A DNA stretch of 64,000 nt, taken from positions 303,530 to 367,529 of the forward strand of contig NW_004797754.1 of the NCBI RefSeq assembly GCF_000002075.1, written 5' to 3'. Position numbers and translations under genes: made by a program. Under the pieces are notes generated by a model. It did not search any database and was not told the DNA's origin. It worked only from the letters and a program-made list of their open reading frames with translations. This document shows, piece by piece, positions 25,806-38,355 of this stretch (position 1 is the stretch's first letter; each line of letters starts with the position of its first letter). The DNA comes from Aplysia californica (taxonomy: Eukaryota).

Positions 25806-26026
25806 GCATGCAGAGGAACCAAGAGCTGGAGTGCCTGGTAGTGAACCTAGAAGATGACAAGAAGAACTTGGAGGCCAAGCTGGATGATGCCTTGCGGGCT
25901 CTAGAAGACCGGGATCGCCAAATTCAGTGCCTGGACACACGGCTCAACGAGCGCAACCGACAGGTCATCTGTCTACAGGAGGACATCAGCGACAAAGCTC
26001 AGAGAATCAGCTCACTAGAGAAGGAG
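25806..26026 (+). CDS. CCDC18: CCDC18 exon k (1-0)
   Basis: gaacAG | MQRNQELEC...SSLEKE | GTgcgt. Confidence 0.92.
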
Positions 26027-26137
26027 GTGCGTTGAGAGTAGTTTGAGTTTGAGTGAATATTTAAAGAAAATAATTTTTAGTATAGTTTTTTAGCTGTTGA
26101 CAGACTTTGTACTAGTATTGACGGCCATCCCTAGAGT

Positions 26138-26512
26138 GTGGTTGGCGGGTGCTTTGGTGTGGTTTGCTCCTGCTTTTTTAAAAATCGAACCTTTATCGTC
26201 CTTATCTCTCTTCCTCTTTCTTTGTTTTTGTTATTCTCTTGTAACACTTCTAATCTTCAGCTTTTAGTGGGTGGTTGGCAGGTGCTCTGGTGTCGTTTGC
26301 TCCTTCTTTCGCATCGAACATCTATAATCCTTATCTCCCCTTCTTCTTTTTTATGTTTGTTACTCTCTTGTAACATCTCTAATCCTCTGGCGCTCATATG
26401 ACCTTATGCAGTTGCGAGCGCCGTAAAACCTCCTACTAAAACTACTAAACTTCAGCGCTTATATGACTTTATTATGTTTCAAGTACTATGAAACTCTTAC
26501 TAAAAATAAAAC
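26138..26512 (+). mobile_element. SINE family A nested/tandem cluster
   Basis: Full copy 26267-26450 splits an older copy (26138-26266 + 26451-26512). Confidence 0.8.
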
Positions 26513-26729
26513 AAACTAAGAAGGCAGAACAATGACTTCAGTCAAAAGTATGCATTAATCTCCAAGGCCCAATGGCTGAAGACCGTGGTCATTGAACTTG
26601 CATCTATTGCATGCCACAGGGAAAAGCCTATTCGTTACACTGCATATTCTTGTGTGGAAAGACGCTTTGAAAAAATTCAGATCAAATAAGTAGGAAGAAA
26701 GTATAAACATGTTGTTTAAAAGTGTTTAA

Positions 26730-27428
26730 GCCTCTAAGTGCTAAGCTATTTTTACCATTACTTCCCTTCAGTGCTGGGTTTATTTTAGAAAAATGTCAAT
26801 TTTCAACATGCTTATAAAAAAAGCTCATCTCTTTCTTATTTATCATAATTTCTAATTACAGTAAGAATAAAAAATGTGTCTCATTAAATAATGAACTACC
26901 CCTATGTCAGGTCAGATGTGGTTTTTTATGATGTTGTTGTTGTTGGTATCAAAATCCTCATCATTTTTAGTTCAGCCTGCTTGGAGATCAGCAGGAATAT
27001 CGATGTCCCCTTCTGGGCTTAGCCTCGCTAGATCTACGACACAATATCCCCATCATTCACACATAGATCTCAGTCTTTTATTTGAGGACCTAATCCTTCA
27101 AACTCTTTATCGCTGTCGCTCGATTCCAGAAAAATATTGGGTAAATCTGTGTCTAAATCTGCTGACGAATCCGATATTTTGAAAACTGTAAACAATATCC
27201 CAGAAAATTGCTGATAAAGAACTCCAAACCGATCCCGGACTGCGAAATGCACGGCCAGCGGCACTAATAAACGTTGCACTAGTGGGCTGTAGTCACCAGC
27301 AGTTTAAAAAATAGCTATTCTCATGTCAGCGGTATAGTTTCTACACTCATGTCGGATCACGACCATGCGCGCGGAAGGGAGGTATGAGTCATCACGACCA
27401 GTAGTGGTCGTGATTCGCACGCAGAGGG
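26730..27428 (-). mobile_element. piggyBac-type deletion derivative
   Basis: TTAA on both sides; termini (G)CCTCT / AGAGGG; acidic SDSDKEFEG remnant resembling piggyBac transposase N-termini. Confidence 0.65.
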
Positions 27429-27939
27429 TTAAATTACATAGTTTTGGGATTGTCGAAAAAGGATGGTTAAATTAACCACTGAGTAGACAACTGTGTACAG
27501 ATCTGCCATCTTTCAGATTCACATTGCCTTTTGCTTCCTGTTTACAAAAAATGTACCATCCGAAACATTGTGTATGTGTGTGTTGATGAATTTGTGTACG
27601 TGCATGTATTTGCCATATCTCAACCAATTTCTCTTTGTGATCTTTTTCTGGTACAAAATTAGCATCGATCTTATTGAAAGTGTCTTGTCATGGACAAACA
27701 CCATATGAGTGATGGGTAGGGCCTTGTTTATTTTTGGTAGTATCCGATTAAATCATCACAGTTTGGACAAACTTTAAGCACTGTTAACTGCATGGCAGAA
27801 AGACTTCTCAGCGCAAGAGTTTGTGAACATTTCATTGACTCTTGGTAATATTATGTTTGGTATTTGTCTGGCAAGTTAGGCAGTTGTTGCACAGAGATTT
27901 TATTGTTCAGATAACATTGAGTGTTTCTGTTTTTTTCAG

Positions 27940-28074
27940 ATCAGAGAGTTTAAGAAGAGGATTGATGATTTAACGACTGCAGACGTGAGCAATGAGTTAG
28001 AGATGGCTATGGAGAGGATCAAGGAACTGGAAGAAGTCCTATCCTGCAAAGAAAGTGCCATCTGTGAGCTGCAG
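27940..28074 (+). CDS. CCDC18: CCDC18 exon l (0-0)
   Basis: ttttttcAG | IREFKKR...SAICELQ | GTaaat. Confidence 0.92.
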
Positions 28075-28524
28075 GTAAATTGTCTCTCTCACTTAGATTT
28101 ATTATAGTATCCTTTCTATAAAGATGAAGTACACATACTATATGCATGAATATATTGTCACTGTAGGGTTCTAATCAGCTAACCCAAAAAATGCAGGGTC
28201 CGCCCTGGGATCTAAACTGTTGAAATGTGTATAATAGCCTTGTTTTTTAGTATTTTCACTGTTCTGTAAACTTGACAGAAACCGAGTCAGCCGCTTAGAA
28301 TTCTGCAGCAACAATGTATGATATTATAACTATTTGAATCTACTGGGGGGGGGGGGGGGGGCTTTAAAATGGTCAAAGAAATTGGATATCAGGGTAGTGT
28401 ATGTATGCATGGGGCTCATTTTATATTGTATCATCTGTTCTGTTTCAGGATATATATGAAAACTGGGTAGATACTCTCCAGGTCACTGAGTTTTTAGTAA
28501 TTTGAATCTTGACTTTGTTTCTAG

Positions 28525-28635
28525 ATGAAGGTGTCCAACCTGCAGAAAGATATGAAGGCAGCTCAGACCAAGTATGAGAAGAAGATCTCCTGTCTTTGTG
28601 ACCAGGTGCAGGAGTACCAGAGACAAGTGGAAGTG
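28525..28635 (+). CDS. CCDC18: CCDC18 exon m (0-0)
   Basis: tttctAG | MKVSNLQ...QRQVEV | GTgagg. Confidence 0.9.
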
Positions 28636-29343
28636 GTGAGGGACTTATTTTCTTTGAGAAAGTGGGTTTGCATGTGGATGTTTTCATTTCAAGAATTTGT
28701 TTGTATGCATGTCTATTTTTTTATGTCTTATCTGCGTGTGTACCATTGTGTTTGTCAGTCTCTCTCAGTCTGTTTATTACTATAACTTCTTTTTATTGTT
28801 ATAATTTTCCTGAGCTTCAGCTATCAAATCCTATCAAATATCTATGACTCCTTATCTCTCCTCCTTATTTTCTTTGATTGTAAATCTCTAGTAAAATGTC
28901 TAATCTTCGACTCATGAATAACCTTTTTGTGTTGCTTCTGCCACAAATGACCAATGGCTACCTTAGAATAACCATTTTTTATCTAACATTTTAGGCCTTT
29001 TGAGTTACTAAAGCCTTGAGGTCAAAAATCAGATGTTCTGTCTGCTCTATCAAAATCAGAAAATAATTCGGAGTCATTATTAAAATATTCAAAGAACTGC
29101 ATTCGAACAAGCTGGACATGGTGTGAAACTCAAAATTTTTTACATCAAGTTTCTCTAAACAAGTTTCTGAGCAGATACAACTTTGTCATTCTAAGGTAGG
29201 GTAATGTTGTGCCTATATATCTTTTATTGACTCAAACAAATAAACAAACATAGAAGTAGATAGCTGGTAGATGATCTGATGTGGTCTACATCTTCTAATG
29301 CTTTTCAGATAAAGTATTGTCTTAAGATTTATTCAGATTGAAT

Positions 29344-29528
29344 GTGGGTGGTTGGCGGGTGCTCTGGTGTGGTTTGCTTCTTCTTTCCTGTCAAACATCT
29401 GTCATCCTTATCTCCCCTTCTTCTTTTTTGTGTTTTTTACTCTCTTGTAACAGCTCTAATCTTCTGGCACTCATATGACCTTATGCAGTTGCAAGTGCCG
29501 TAAAACCTCTACTAAAACTAAAACTAAT
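29344..29528 (+). mobile_element. SINE family A
   Basis: Near-consensus copy. Confidence 0.88.
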
Positions 29529-29699
29529 CAGATGGAAATGTCGCTGTCACCGTGCCGACTCACCAAACACGGCAACTTGATAAACATATACATGAATAAA
29601 AGTACTTATAGATAAATCAGTTGATAAACAAAGAAATGAATGAATTGGAATGTTTTCTTTAATTTTTTGTTTGCCACCAACTTCTTTCTCTTTCCCCAG

Positions 29700-29834
29700 A
29701 TGTCGGAGGAAAATGAAACTGTACGACAGAAGCACAGCTGCTGTAGCAAAGCCCAAGATGACATGCGACGCACTATCCGCAGCAAAGAGGACTGTATCAA
29801 ACAGTTGGAGTCAGAAATTGAGGAACTCAAGATT
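29700..29834 (+). CDS. CCDC18: CCDC18 exon n (0-0)
   Basis: tttccccAG | MSEENET...IEELKI | GTgagt. Confidence 0.92.
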
Positions 29835-29876
29835 GTGAGTATATGGGATCGTCATGATGGAGATGTACTGTCATGG

Positions 29877-30107
29877 TTTTTAGTCAAAGGGACTATAAGT
29901 TGAGCTTTACTGAGAATTTTATAAATGTTAATCCATCCTTTTGATCAACAGTTGAGCAGCCCAGTTATGGTGTACACACTTTTTGGTACTTGTTTTTAGT
30001 CAAAGGGACTATAAGTTGAGCTTTACTGAGAATTTTATAAATGTTAATCCATCCTTTTGATCAACAGTTGAACAGCCTAGTTATGGTGTACACACTTTTT
30101 GGTACTG
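29877..30107 (+). repeat. Tandem duplication, ~116-bp unit x2
   Basis: ttttagtcaaagggactataag...acactttttggtact repeated. Confidence 0.9.
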
Positions 30108-30181
30108 ACATGACCAAATTGTGTGGATGGCACCTTAAAACATGTAATCAAATGAAACCAAACTCTCCTTTGTGGTTTCAG

Positions 30182-30376
30182 ACGCTGGAGGAGAAAGAGA
30201 AACTGAGCGTGAAGCTTCTGGAGAGCTGTCAGGACAAGCTGTTCAAGAGCAATGAGCAAGTGCAGCAGCTAGAGAGTGCACTGATGATGTGCAAGAACGA
30301 GGTCTGCAAACACCTGCAGACCATGGAGGAGATCAAGAACCACTTTGAGTACGAGTGCACTCAGAAGGACAATTGT
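30182..30376 (+). CDS. CCDC18: CCDC18 exon o (0-0)
   Basis: gtttcAG | TLEEKEK...TQKDNC | GTacgt. Confidence 0.92.
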
Positions 30377-30571
30377 GTACGTTCTTGATTGATTGCAGTT
30401 GATTTTTCAATGTATTTTGCCTCAGATCTGGCACTTGAGGATGGCGATACCTGTTTACCATAACCATATACCAGTAATTTAAAAATGATTTGGATTGTAA
30501 ATATGTAAGACAATGATAAAAATCAGTTCGGGATTAAACTGATTTGATCATAAAAGACTTTTTACAAGGTG

Positions 30572-32935
30572 CACCAACAGGGATTCCCTGCTGAGCGCCT
30601 TATCACATCGGGGTCACGGGGTCAGCTACCTTTTGCCGCTCTGTCGGGGCTGACTTAATTTTTGGTACTTTTTAACCGTACGTTTTAGGTGTATCTTTGT
30701 ACCTATAGTAATTATCATTAAATGCACTCATAGCATAGATTTCTGCTTTTGTGACTTAAAAAAGAACGGGCATTATATCTTGTGTTGTTATTTTGTTGGG
30801 CGCTCTTGAAATAAGCTTTGCTAAACTGTGATTTGTTTTAACAAGTGTTGATGAAAAAAAATCAATATAAAAAAATCAGCACGACAAAACGTGTCCAGCT
30901 TTTAGAATATGAACAACATAACATAGATGTAAGTAGTACTATCTAAAAACTCTATCTGCGCAGATGATAGAAAGCTGTACTTCTGCACCTTAATCCATCT
31001 TGCACTCATTATGCTGAGAAGTGTTGTATGACACTGCAGTTCTTCCATTTACAACTTTATATGTCTGTTTGTTTTAGTAGAGGTTTTACGGCGCTCGCAA
31101 CTGCATAAGGTCATATGAGCACCAGAAGATTAGAGGTGTTACAAGAGAGTAACTAACATAAAAAAGAAGAAGGGGAGATAAGGACGATAGATGTTTGATA
31201 GGAAAGAAGAAGCAAACCACACGAGAGCACCCGCCAACCACCCACTTTATATGTCTAATGCAGTCCTGAATATATATATACACATATTTATACAAATCAT
31301 TTTAAAATAAAATGTATATCCTTGTCTCTCAACGAATCGACTGAGTGCCATAGTGCCATAATTGTTGGCCTGAAAGGCCGTGCTCCTTACCGAGAAAATC
31401 ATAATGTCAGTTGAGAAATAGAGTAATTTTCTTGCCCTTCCAAGCGTGACTGCTAAGACATTTTATGTCGGCATCGACTCCAAAATGGAGAAACCTTTCC
31501 AAATTTTCATAATGATCCCTATCTGTGGCCAAAGCAAAGACAACAGTGTTTCTCTGGCAATGTGGATTTTCCAGGTTGGCAATTTGTAGAGTCATCTTAA
31601 GGGAGTTTTTGCCATGGTCACCCCCTACTTTCACTCAGACTTCATCGTCGTGTATATTGCCCATCATGCCACGTCAAAATATTATTTTTGTCGTAGGCGT
31701 CTAAAAGATAATCAACCTATGTCGGCAACTTTACTACCCTTGCCAAATGCTCTTTAGACTCTGTCCCTTTCTGGCTAATAAAATACTTCTGTTCTACTTG
31801 GACAAAATCTGGCACTATCTCTCTGGAAAAGTCCCTAACGGATGTCTCACTTTCCAGGAGGATTCTTGCCTTCTTCAGATGTTTTCTTTGGTTTCTTCCC
31901 AGACGCCAACTGAGCCCAAGTGCCTCGAACATGCACAGAGTTTGTTGTTTAGTCAATTTTAATTGCTGAGCTCCCTTTTGTTTTATTGTAGATTACCTGT
32001 CTTCGGCACATGAGAACTGTCTTTAGTTCAGAAGCAAATTGCTTGTCCAGGGCTTCTGGTGATTTGCCTGACATTTTCATTCTGGCTTCTGATAGCCATC
32101 GAGTCCTCTTCCGTTTGGTAGGTGTCTTTGCTGCAGAAGACTTTTTTCTAAGTACTATAGTTTTCTGCTGTACTAGGAGTTGTCCTTTCGTTTTGCAAGA
32201 GAAGGCGCTGTGATTTGGATCTTGGAATAATTTTCTCTTTACAAAATGTGTGAGGAGCTGTTCTTCTGTTTTTGAAAGAGGCTTAGGGACTGGTTTTTGA
32301 AACAAAGTATATCTCTGCTCATGTCTTTACACAGTTTTTTTTTTTTTTATATGATCTCTTATCTTTTCTAGTTTTATGCAGGCTGCCACAGATACGATAC
32401 AATTCATGAACAAATGCAAAGTGTCTTTCTCTTGTGTGTTCCATGGTAAAGTAGGAGTCAAAGGAGTAATACTGAGCGTATTTTGTCAAAAAATGCAGAT
32501 GTGCATCTTTCTTCTCCTATAACTCGACTATTACTATTTTCGCATATATAGGATTTCACATGGTGAAAGACATGCAATTCGTCGTCTGTTTAACACATAT
32601 TTTGGAGAGATCTGTCGTGCCGATGTTAATTAAACAAGCATTTATTCATACGTATGTAACTAAAAATAGGCCGAATGGGGTACTCTACAAATACTTATCT
32701 AGAACAAACACTAAGGCGCAGAAAATAACCACTCCCTACGAAGAATAAATCTCGAAACACTTAAGCTTTACATACATCAGTGTAATGGTATGCTGTGTGG
32801 GATGGGGAGGAAGTTTTATCGTTTTAAAAGATAACAAAAATGCGAACTTCTTAACCGACACGGGCGAAGTTGCTTCAGGGCTTATTAACCCCGTGACCTG
32901 GAGATGTGAAGCGCCAGCGGGCCACTGAGTCACGC
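30572..32935 (-). mobile_element. Chapaev-type (CMC) DNA transposon with decayed transposase (32444 to ~31330)
   Basis: MEHTRERHFAFVHELYRICG (Chapa start), KTKGQL, LGLSW, V*VKVGGDHGKNSLKMTLQIAN, NTVVF, WKGKKITLFLN*HYDFLGKEHGLSG; imperfect IRs at ~30578-30624 and ~32887-32928. Confidence 0.8.
31067..31243 (-). mobile_element. SINE family A inserted in the Chapaev element
   Basis: 13-bp TSD ACTTTATATGTCT. Confidence 0.9.
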
Positions 32936-33079
32936 GAACTGAAAGTAACTGAATCGGGAGAAAAGTAACACTACACAGTGTTTTTGGCCATCTCTGTAAT
33001 AATGTAAGTTTCTTGCCCCTAACCAAACAAAGCATCATCGCTCCCAACATCATTTGTTTCCCAAAATGATTTTCAACAG

Positions 33080-33247
33080 ATCAAGCAACTGAATGAGAGC
33101 TTGCGTAGGACCAAAGAAGATCTGGAGTGTAAGGTGGATGAGGTGTCTGGCCTGGAGCACACTGTCATGACACTCAAGTGTAAGATAGAACAGCTGTTCA
33201 ACTCGCTGAAAGAGTCGGAGAACAACAACGCTTGTCTTACAGAGAAG
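33080..33247 (+). CDS. CCDC18: CCDC18 exon p (0-0)
   Basis: tttcaacAG | IKQLNES...ACLTEK | GTcaga. Confidence 0.92.
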
Positions 33248-33344
33248 GTCAGACTTTTTTTTTTACATCATATCTTTGTTGGAGATAGCATCAGGAACCT
33301 TTGACTTCCTTTGTTGTGTTGTCATTATCCTGATCTTTATCTTC

Positions 33345-33535
33345 GTGGATGGTTGGCGGGTGGTGGGTGTTCTGGTTTGTGTGGTTTGCTCTGTCTTTTG
33401 TGTCAAACACGTATCATCCTCTACTCTCCTTTTTTTTTGTGTTTGTCTCTCCCGTGACACCTGTAATCTTCGGCTTTTAAATTACCTAAATGTGTTGCAA
33501 GTGCTGTGAAACTCTTTAACTAAAATTAACTAAAA
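33345..33535 (+). mobile_element. SINE family A (diverged)
   Basis: Consensus match. Confidence 0.75.
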
Positions 33536-33748
33536 AGAAATGATTTTTATCTTCTTTTTCACCTCACACAGCACTGAGGTGGTGCTGATTATTCACCACC
33601 ACCCCCCCTCCCCACACACACACACAATACACTAGCCAAATGAGTAGTAATTCAGACTAAAAAATAATGTCAAGCAAGTGACATTGACCCCTGCTGTAAA
33701 TGGGTGGTTACAGGGGTCTGTCATTTAGCAACAAACACAATTACCCTA

Positions 33749-34703
33749 NNNNNNNNNNNNNNNNNNNNNNNNNNNNNNNNNNNNNNNNNNNNNNNNNNNN
33801 NNNNNNNNNNNNNNNNNNNNNNNNNNNNNNNNNNNNNNNNNNNNNNNNNNNNNNNNNNNNNNNNNNNNNNNNNNNNNNNNNNNNNNNNNNNNNNNNNNNN
33901 NNNNNNNNNNNNNNNNNNNNNNNNNNNNNNNNNNNNNNNNNNNNNNNNNNNNNNNNNNNNNNNNNNNNNNNNNNNNNNNNNNNNNNNNNNNNNNNNNNNN
34001 NNNNNNNNNNNNNNNNNNNNNNNNNNNNNNNNNNNNNNNNNNNNNNNNNNNNNNNNNNNNNNNNNNNNNNNNNNNNNNNNNNNNNNNNNNNNNNNNNNNN
34101 NNNNNNNNNNNNNNNNNNNNNNNNNNNNNNNNNNNNNNNNNNNNNNNNNNNNNNNNNNNNNNNNNNNNNNNNNNNNNNNNNNNNNNNNNNNNNNNNNNNN
34201 NNNNNNNNNNNNNNNNNNNNNNNNNNNNNNNNNNNNNNNNNNNNNNNNNNNNNNNNNNNNNNNNNNNNNNNNNNNNNNNNNNNNNNNNNNNNNNNNNNNN
34301 NNNNNNNNNNNNNNNNNNNNNNNNNNNNNNNNNNNNNNNNNNNNNNNNNNNNNNNNNNNNNNNNNNNNNNNNNNNNNNNNNNNNNNNNNNNNNNNNNNNN
34401 NNNNNNNNNNNNNNNNNNNNNNNNNNNNNNNNNNNNNNNNNNNNNNNNNNNNNNNNNNNNNNNNNNNNNNNNNNNNNNNNNNNNNNNNNNNNNNNNNNNN
34501 NNNNNNNNNNNNNNNNNNNNNNNNNNNNNNNNNNNNNNNNNNNNNNNNNNNNNNNNNNNNNNNNNNNNNNNNNNNNNNNNNNNNNNNNNNNNNNNNNNNN
34601 NNNNNNNNNNNNNNNNNNNNNNNNNNNNNNNNNNNNNNNNNNNNNNNNNNNNNNNNNNNNNNNNNNNNNNNNNNNNNNNNNNNNNNNNNNNNNNNNNNNN
34701 NNN
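33749..34703. other. Assembly gap
   Basis: Run of N. Confidence 1.
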
Positions 34704-34820
34704 ACCCATACAAACACAAACACACACACACACACACAAACACACCCATACAAACACACCCATTCTCACACGCATACGCTTACCTATACAAACACACACA
34801 CATACTCACACACAACCATA

Positions 34821-34851
<31 letters not shown>

Positions 34852-34879
34852 CCATACTCACACACACATACACACACAG
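34704..34879. repeat. Compound CA-rich microsatellite
   Basis: Direct inspection; abuts both a gap and an exon acceptor. Confidence 0.9.
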
Positions 34880-35022
34880 CTGAAGCAATGTGAGAACCAG
34901 AATCTGCAGGAGAAGGCGTGCTGCATGAAGGAGTCGGAGGAGCTCGAGCGCAAACTTTCGCAGGCCCTTAACAACTTGAACTGTACCTCCGGGGAAATCA
35001 ATAAGCTGAAGAACCAGTGTCA
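34880..35022 (+). CDS. CCDC18: CCDC18 exon q (0-2)
   Basis: (ca)n-cAG | LKQCENQ...KNQCQ | GTgagt; acceptor embedded in a CA repeat. Confidence 0.85.
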
Positions 35023-35489
35023 GTGAGTGGCGAATGATTGATCATTGCTGTGGTGTGGCCTGCTTCCTCTTTTTTCTCGTTTCTAAACCCCTTTTTCTGG
35101 TCCTGTTCGAAATGTGGACGTTATTCCATTGGGAGTCTCTAAATTTTCACTGAGAAGTTGCAGTTTGTTACTCCACTGCTCAAAGGATGAGGGGTTGGAA
35201 GATGCTGGAGGCAGGGTCTACTTCTTTTCTTTCCCTCTTTTGTTTCTGCCGTTCTTTCATGCTTATTGCCTGCACTTAATGGTTGTTATGTGTTTATGTT
35301 CCTCTCTTTTTCCAAATAATTTTTTAAAAACCCTGAAAACCCCAAAAATTTAACCTGACAATTTTTTTAGACTGATGCAAGCCGGGCAGTAGATGGTTGC
35401 TTGGCGCTCTGGTTAGATTTGCTCCTTGTATTTCTTTGCACTGCTTCTCTTGTCCTTATTTGTTCATCATGAAATATGGTGGTTAACGA

Positions 35490-35652
35490 GGGTGGTTTGA
35501 AGGTGCTCTAGTGTGGTTTACTTCTTGCTATCAAACATCTGTCAAACTGATCTGTCCTTCATTTTTGTTTTTGTTACTCTCTGGCAACACCTCTAATCTT
35601 TGGCGCTTATATGACATTATTGTGTTGCAAGTGCTGTAAAACTTATTAAAAC
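35490..35652 (+). mobile_element. SINE family A
   Basis: TSD TGGTGGTTAAC flanks. Confidence 0.82.
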
Positions 35653-35753
35653 TGGTGGTTAACCATGTCCCTACTCTACTTTTTAAATGAGCCACCGTCT
35701 TGAGTACTTTTCTTCGTTAAGACTTTTGCCATAGTCAGACAGGGAGGGTTATG

Positions 35754-35984
35754 CAGGGCTGCCTAAATCTACCGATTTTTCCGGTAGATACCAATTTTGG
35801 GCCTGTTCTACCGCCATACCGATAAGGTGACAAAACTACCGAATTTGAGATGGATGGATGCCGAGAGAAAAACCCCCCACATTCTGCAGTTTTTCCATTC
35901 TTTTATATTTTTGCGGAAATCCGTACATTCCGGAAGTACCGTACTTGCCGCATCATCGTATCACCTCCCTGCGTTTAGAGAGAT

Positions 35985-36025
<41 letters not shown>

Positions 36026-37845
36026 GGCACTTGCCTCAGTAACATGACATGTCAGATATTTACGGCAACTCTCGGCAACTACCATATTGCGCATTTTGTA
36101 CACTCGACAATTGTCTATCTGTGCTGTTCAGTCGGCAATAGTTTTTCACGTTCAGATTGACTAAAATCTGTCTACTCACGATAGATAATCTTCCTCCTTC
36201 CTTTCATTCATTCTTTCTTTCTATCTTCGGGGTTTTTGCTGCGGCTGAAAAATCTGTATTTAATTCATTTATCTAGAAAACAGAATTGTGAATGTAGAAA
36301 GAAAATCGATATCGAAGCAAAACATTCTAAAATCTGTCTTGGTCAAGAGAATTGGTGAGTACCAAATGAGGATTCTACGCAGGATGACTGAGAATCGGAA
36401 AAAAAAAATCGCTGAGACCTGAGAAAATGCACAAAGTCCTTGAAACCAAATCTGAGTTCATATTTTACCAGTCGCGTTTGTGATATTACTTTGAGCTTTC
36501 CCCAGTCCGAGAGTACGTTTCGCGGTTCGCGGGAATAGGTTCCATCGGGAAAATCAAAATCTTCTTTTGCTTTCGTCACCGCTCAGAATTGTCCTTTAAT
36601 AGTTTGTTAACGTTTGATTTACAGTTTATAAAAATTTGTAACATGCAGTTGTGCATAAAAAACACAGTGTCGCCATACAAATTAAATCGATATTCTCTCT
36701 GATGTCACTCTAATGACAAAAAAAGTAAGAAAAAGAAAACAAGCGTCCTCCGATTTCTAGATTGTCAGGCCCGTCATCGTGACCGGTCAGTGAACCTGTG
36801 CGATTTTGTATCATGTGAGTGTGGCATTAGTAAGGGACCGGCCGACGGTTACTGGGGTAATGAAAGTTCATTCAAAGTAGGAGTGTTGCAGGGCTTCGGA
36901 ATTGAAGGGAAGTGTTTGACGCAATAAAGTCTACTGCAGCAGGATAAGAAACTGATTCTAAAATTAAAACGATATGTGGAAGTGGTTTTGGCATTCGACA
37001 ATCGAATGCGTAAATGAGGGAACATTAGAGCACAGGCTTGATGATTGTATCTTCAAGGTTGGTGTTTCCGTATTTGTTGGATTTGTCAGTGATGACAAAT
37101 TGAATAGTGGCAATGAGGAAATGCCATTTTCAACCCTTGGAAAGCTCTATGTTGGACGCCTATGCATCATGATGGCTTGTTGCTGATTAAAAAACTGGTC
37201 CTGTGATTTAGCATTTTGAAAAAAAATCAATACTTAGTCCATGATGCAGTGATTCACTGATTGCCAGGTTTTCAGTATGTAGTTTTCACTACATCCCATG
37301 CTCTCACAGTCCTTCCCGCTCCGGCTCTCAGTACATGCTCTCTTCTATTTTCACTTTTTGCTCTGCAGTAAGCCAAACTATAAAGGTTTTATAGATAAGT
37401 TTTGTCTTGCATGCTTTTTAAAATCCATGATTGCTGAAGCCAAACATGGTTTTGGCAGTTGATGTTCTTCTTGCCTCTCCTCAGGCCTAGATCAGGATTC
37501 ATTTTGTACTTTAAGGGCAAAACTAGTTAAAATTTATTGTCTGTCATACCTAATTCACAAAGGACTTATCAGTGTCCTATGCTAGAGTCAGGAAATATGT
37601 TTTAATATAGTTTCTATTTGTATGAGCTAGCGGTTTTGAAGTCAGTTTGGCAATCACCTTGCAGTCAATTCCAGATTCAATACTGAGTGATAGGTACCTT
37701 GAAAGATAGTCCATAAATGCTTTTTTACAAGAAACCTCGCCTCATTTCATACACACTGTTCATCTTAACTTGTGCACACCCAACCACCCCCTTCCTCTCC
37801 CCACATGTATAAACGCACATGAGAACATGCGCACATGCACACACA

Positions 37846-37907
<62 letters not shown>

Positions 37908-38090
37908 TGTGATGGACTAACACGTTTTCAAAATATAATTACCCAATATAACGGAAAGCAAATGCATTCGATGGGGCAACGATCATCTTTTTTTTCCTTC
38001 TTTGTCTTTGTACTACCTGATTTTGGGCCATACTACCTGAAACTGACCCTGAATCTACCTGAAATGGGAACTTTGAGGTAGGCAGCCCTG
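35754..38090. mobile_element. Non-autonomous hAT-like element
   Basis: TIR CAGGGCTGCCTA / TAGGCAGCCCTG; GTTATG duplicated; contains (GA)n, (CA)n and the short repeat 36741-36903. Confidence 0.75.
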
Positions 38091-38355
38091 GTTATGGGTG
38101 TTCATTTGCTCGCCTGGCATTGTCTCCTTTTTCTATTTACATATTTACATCACCTATTTTATATTTGTCTTTCTGTAATAGTTGTATAGTGCAGAGAGCA
38201 TGCTGCAGATTGTGACTATGTGCTATATAAATGTAATTCAGTTAAATTGTTACGACTATTTCATTCCAGTACTTGCCATGTCCCAATTTGTTCTCCTTGA
38301 AATGTGGCTGTTATCATGTCAACTTGCACTAAAATCGAACTGTGCTCATGTGTTC

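Noticed and set aside
30572-32980. Intact ProtoRAG/RAG1L-RAG2L transposon with RSS (CACAGTG at 32974-32980)
   Set aside because: No RAG2-like ORF, no nonamer at 12/23 spacing seen, transposase broken; the motifs fit Chapaev better.
33700-35026. Long ORFs of 337-440 aa
   Set aside because: Artefacts of translating across N gaps and CA repeats; only 34880-35022 is coding. The same applies to ORFs over the other gaps.
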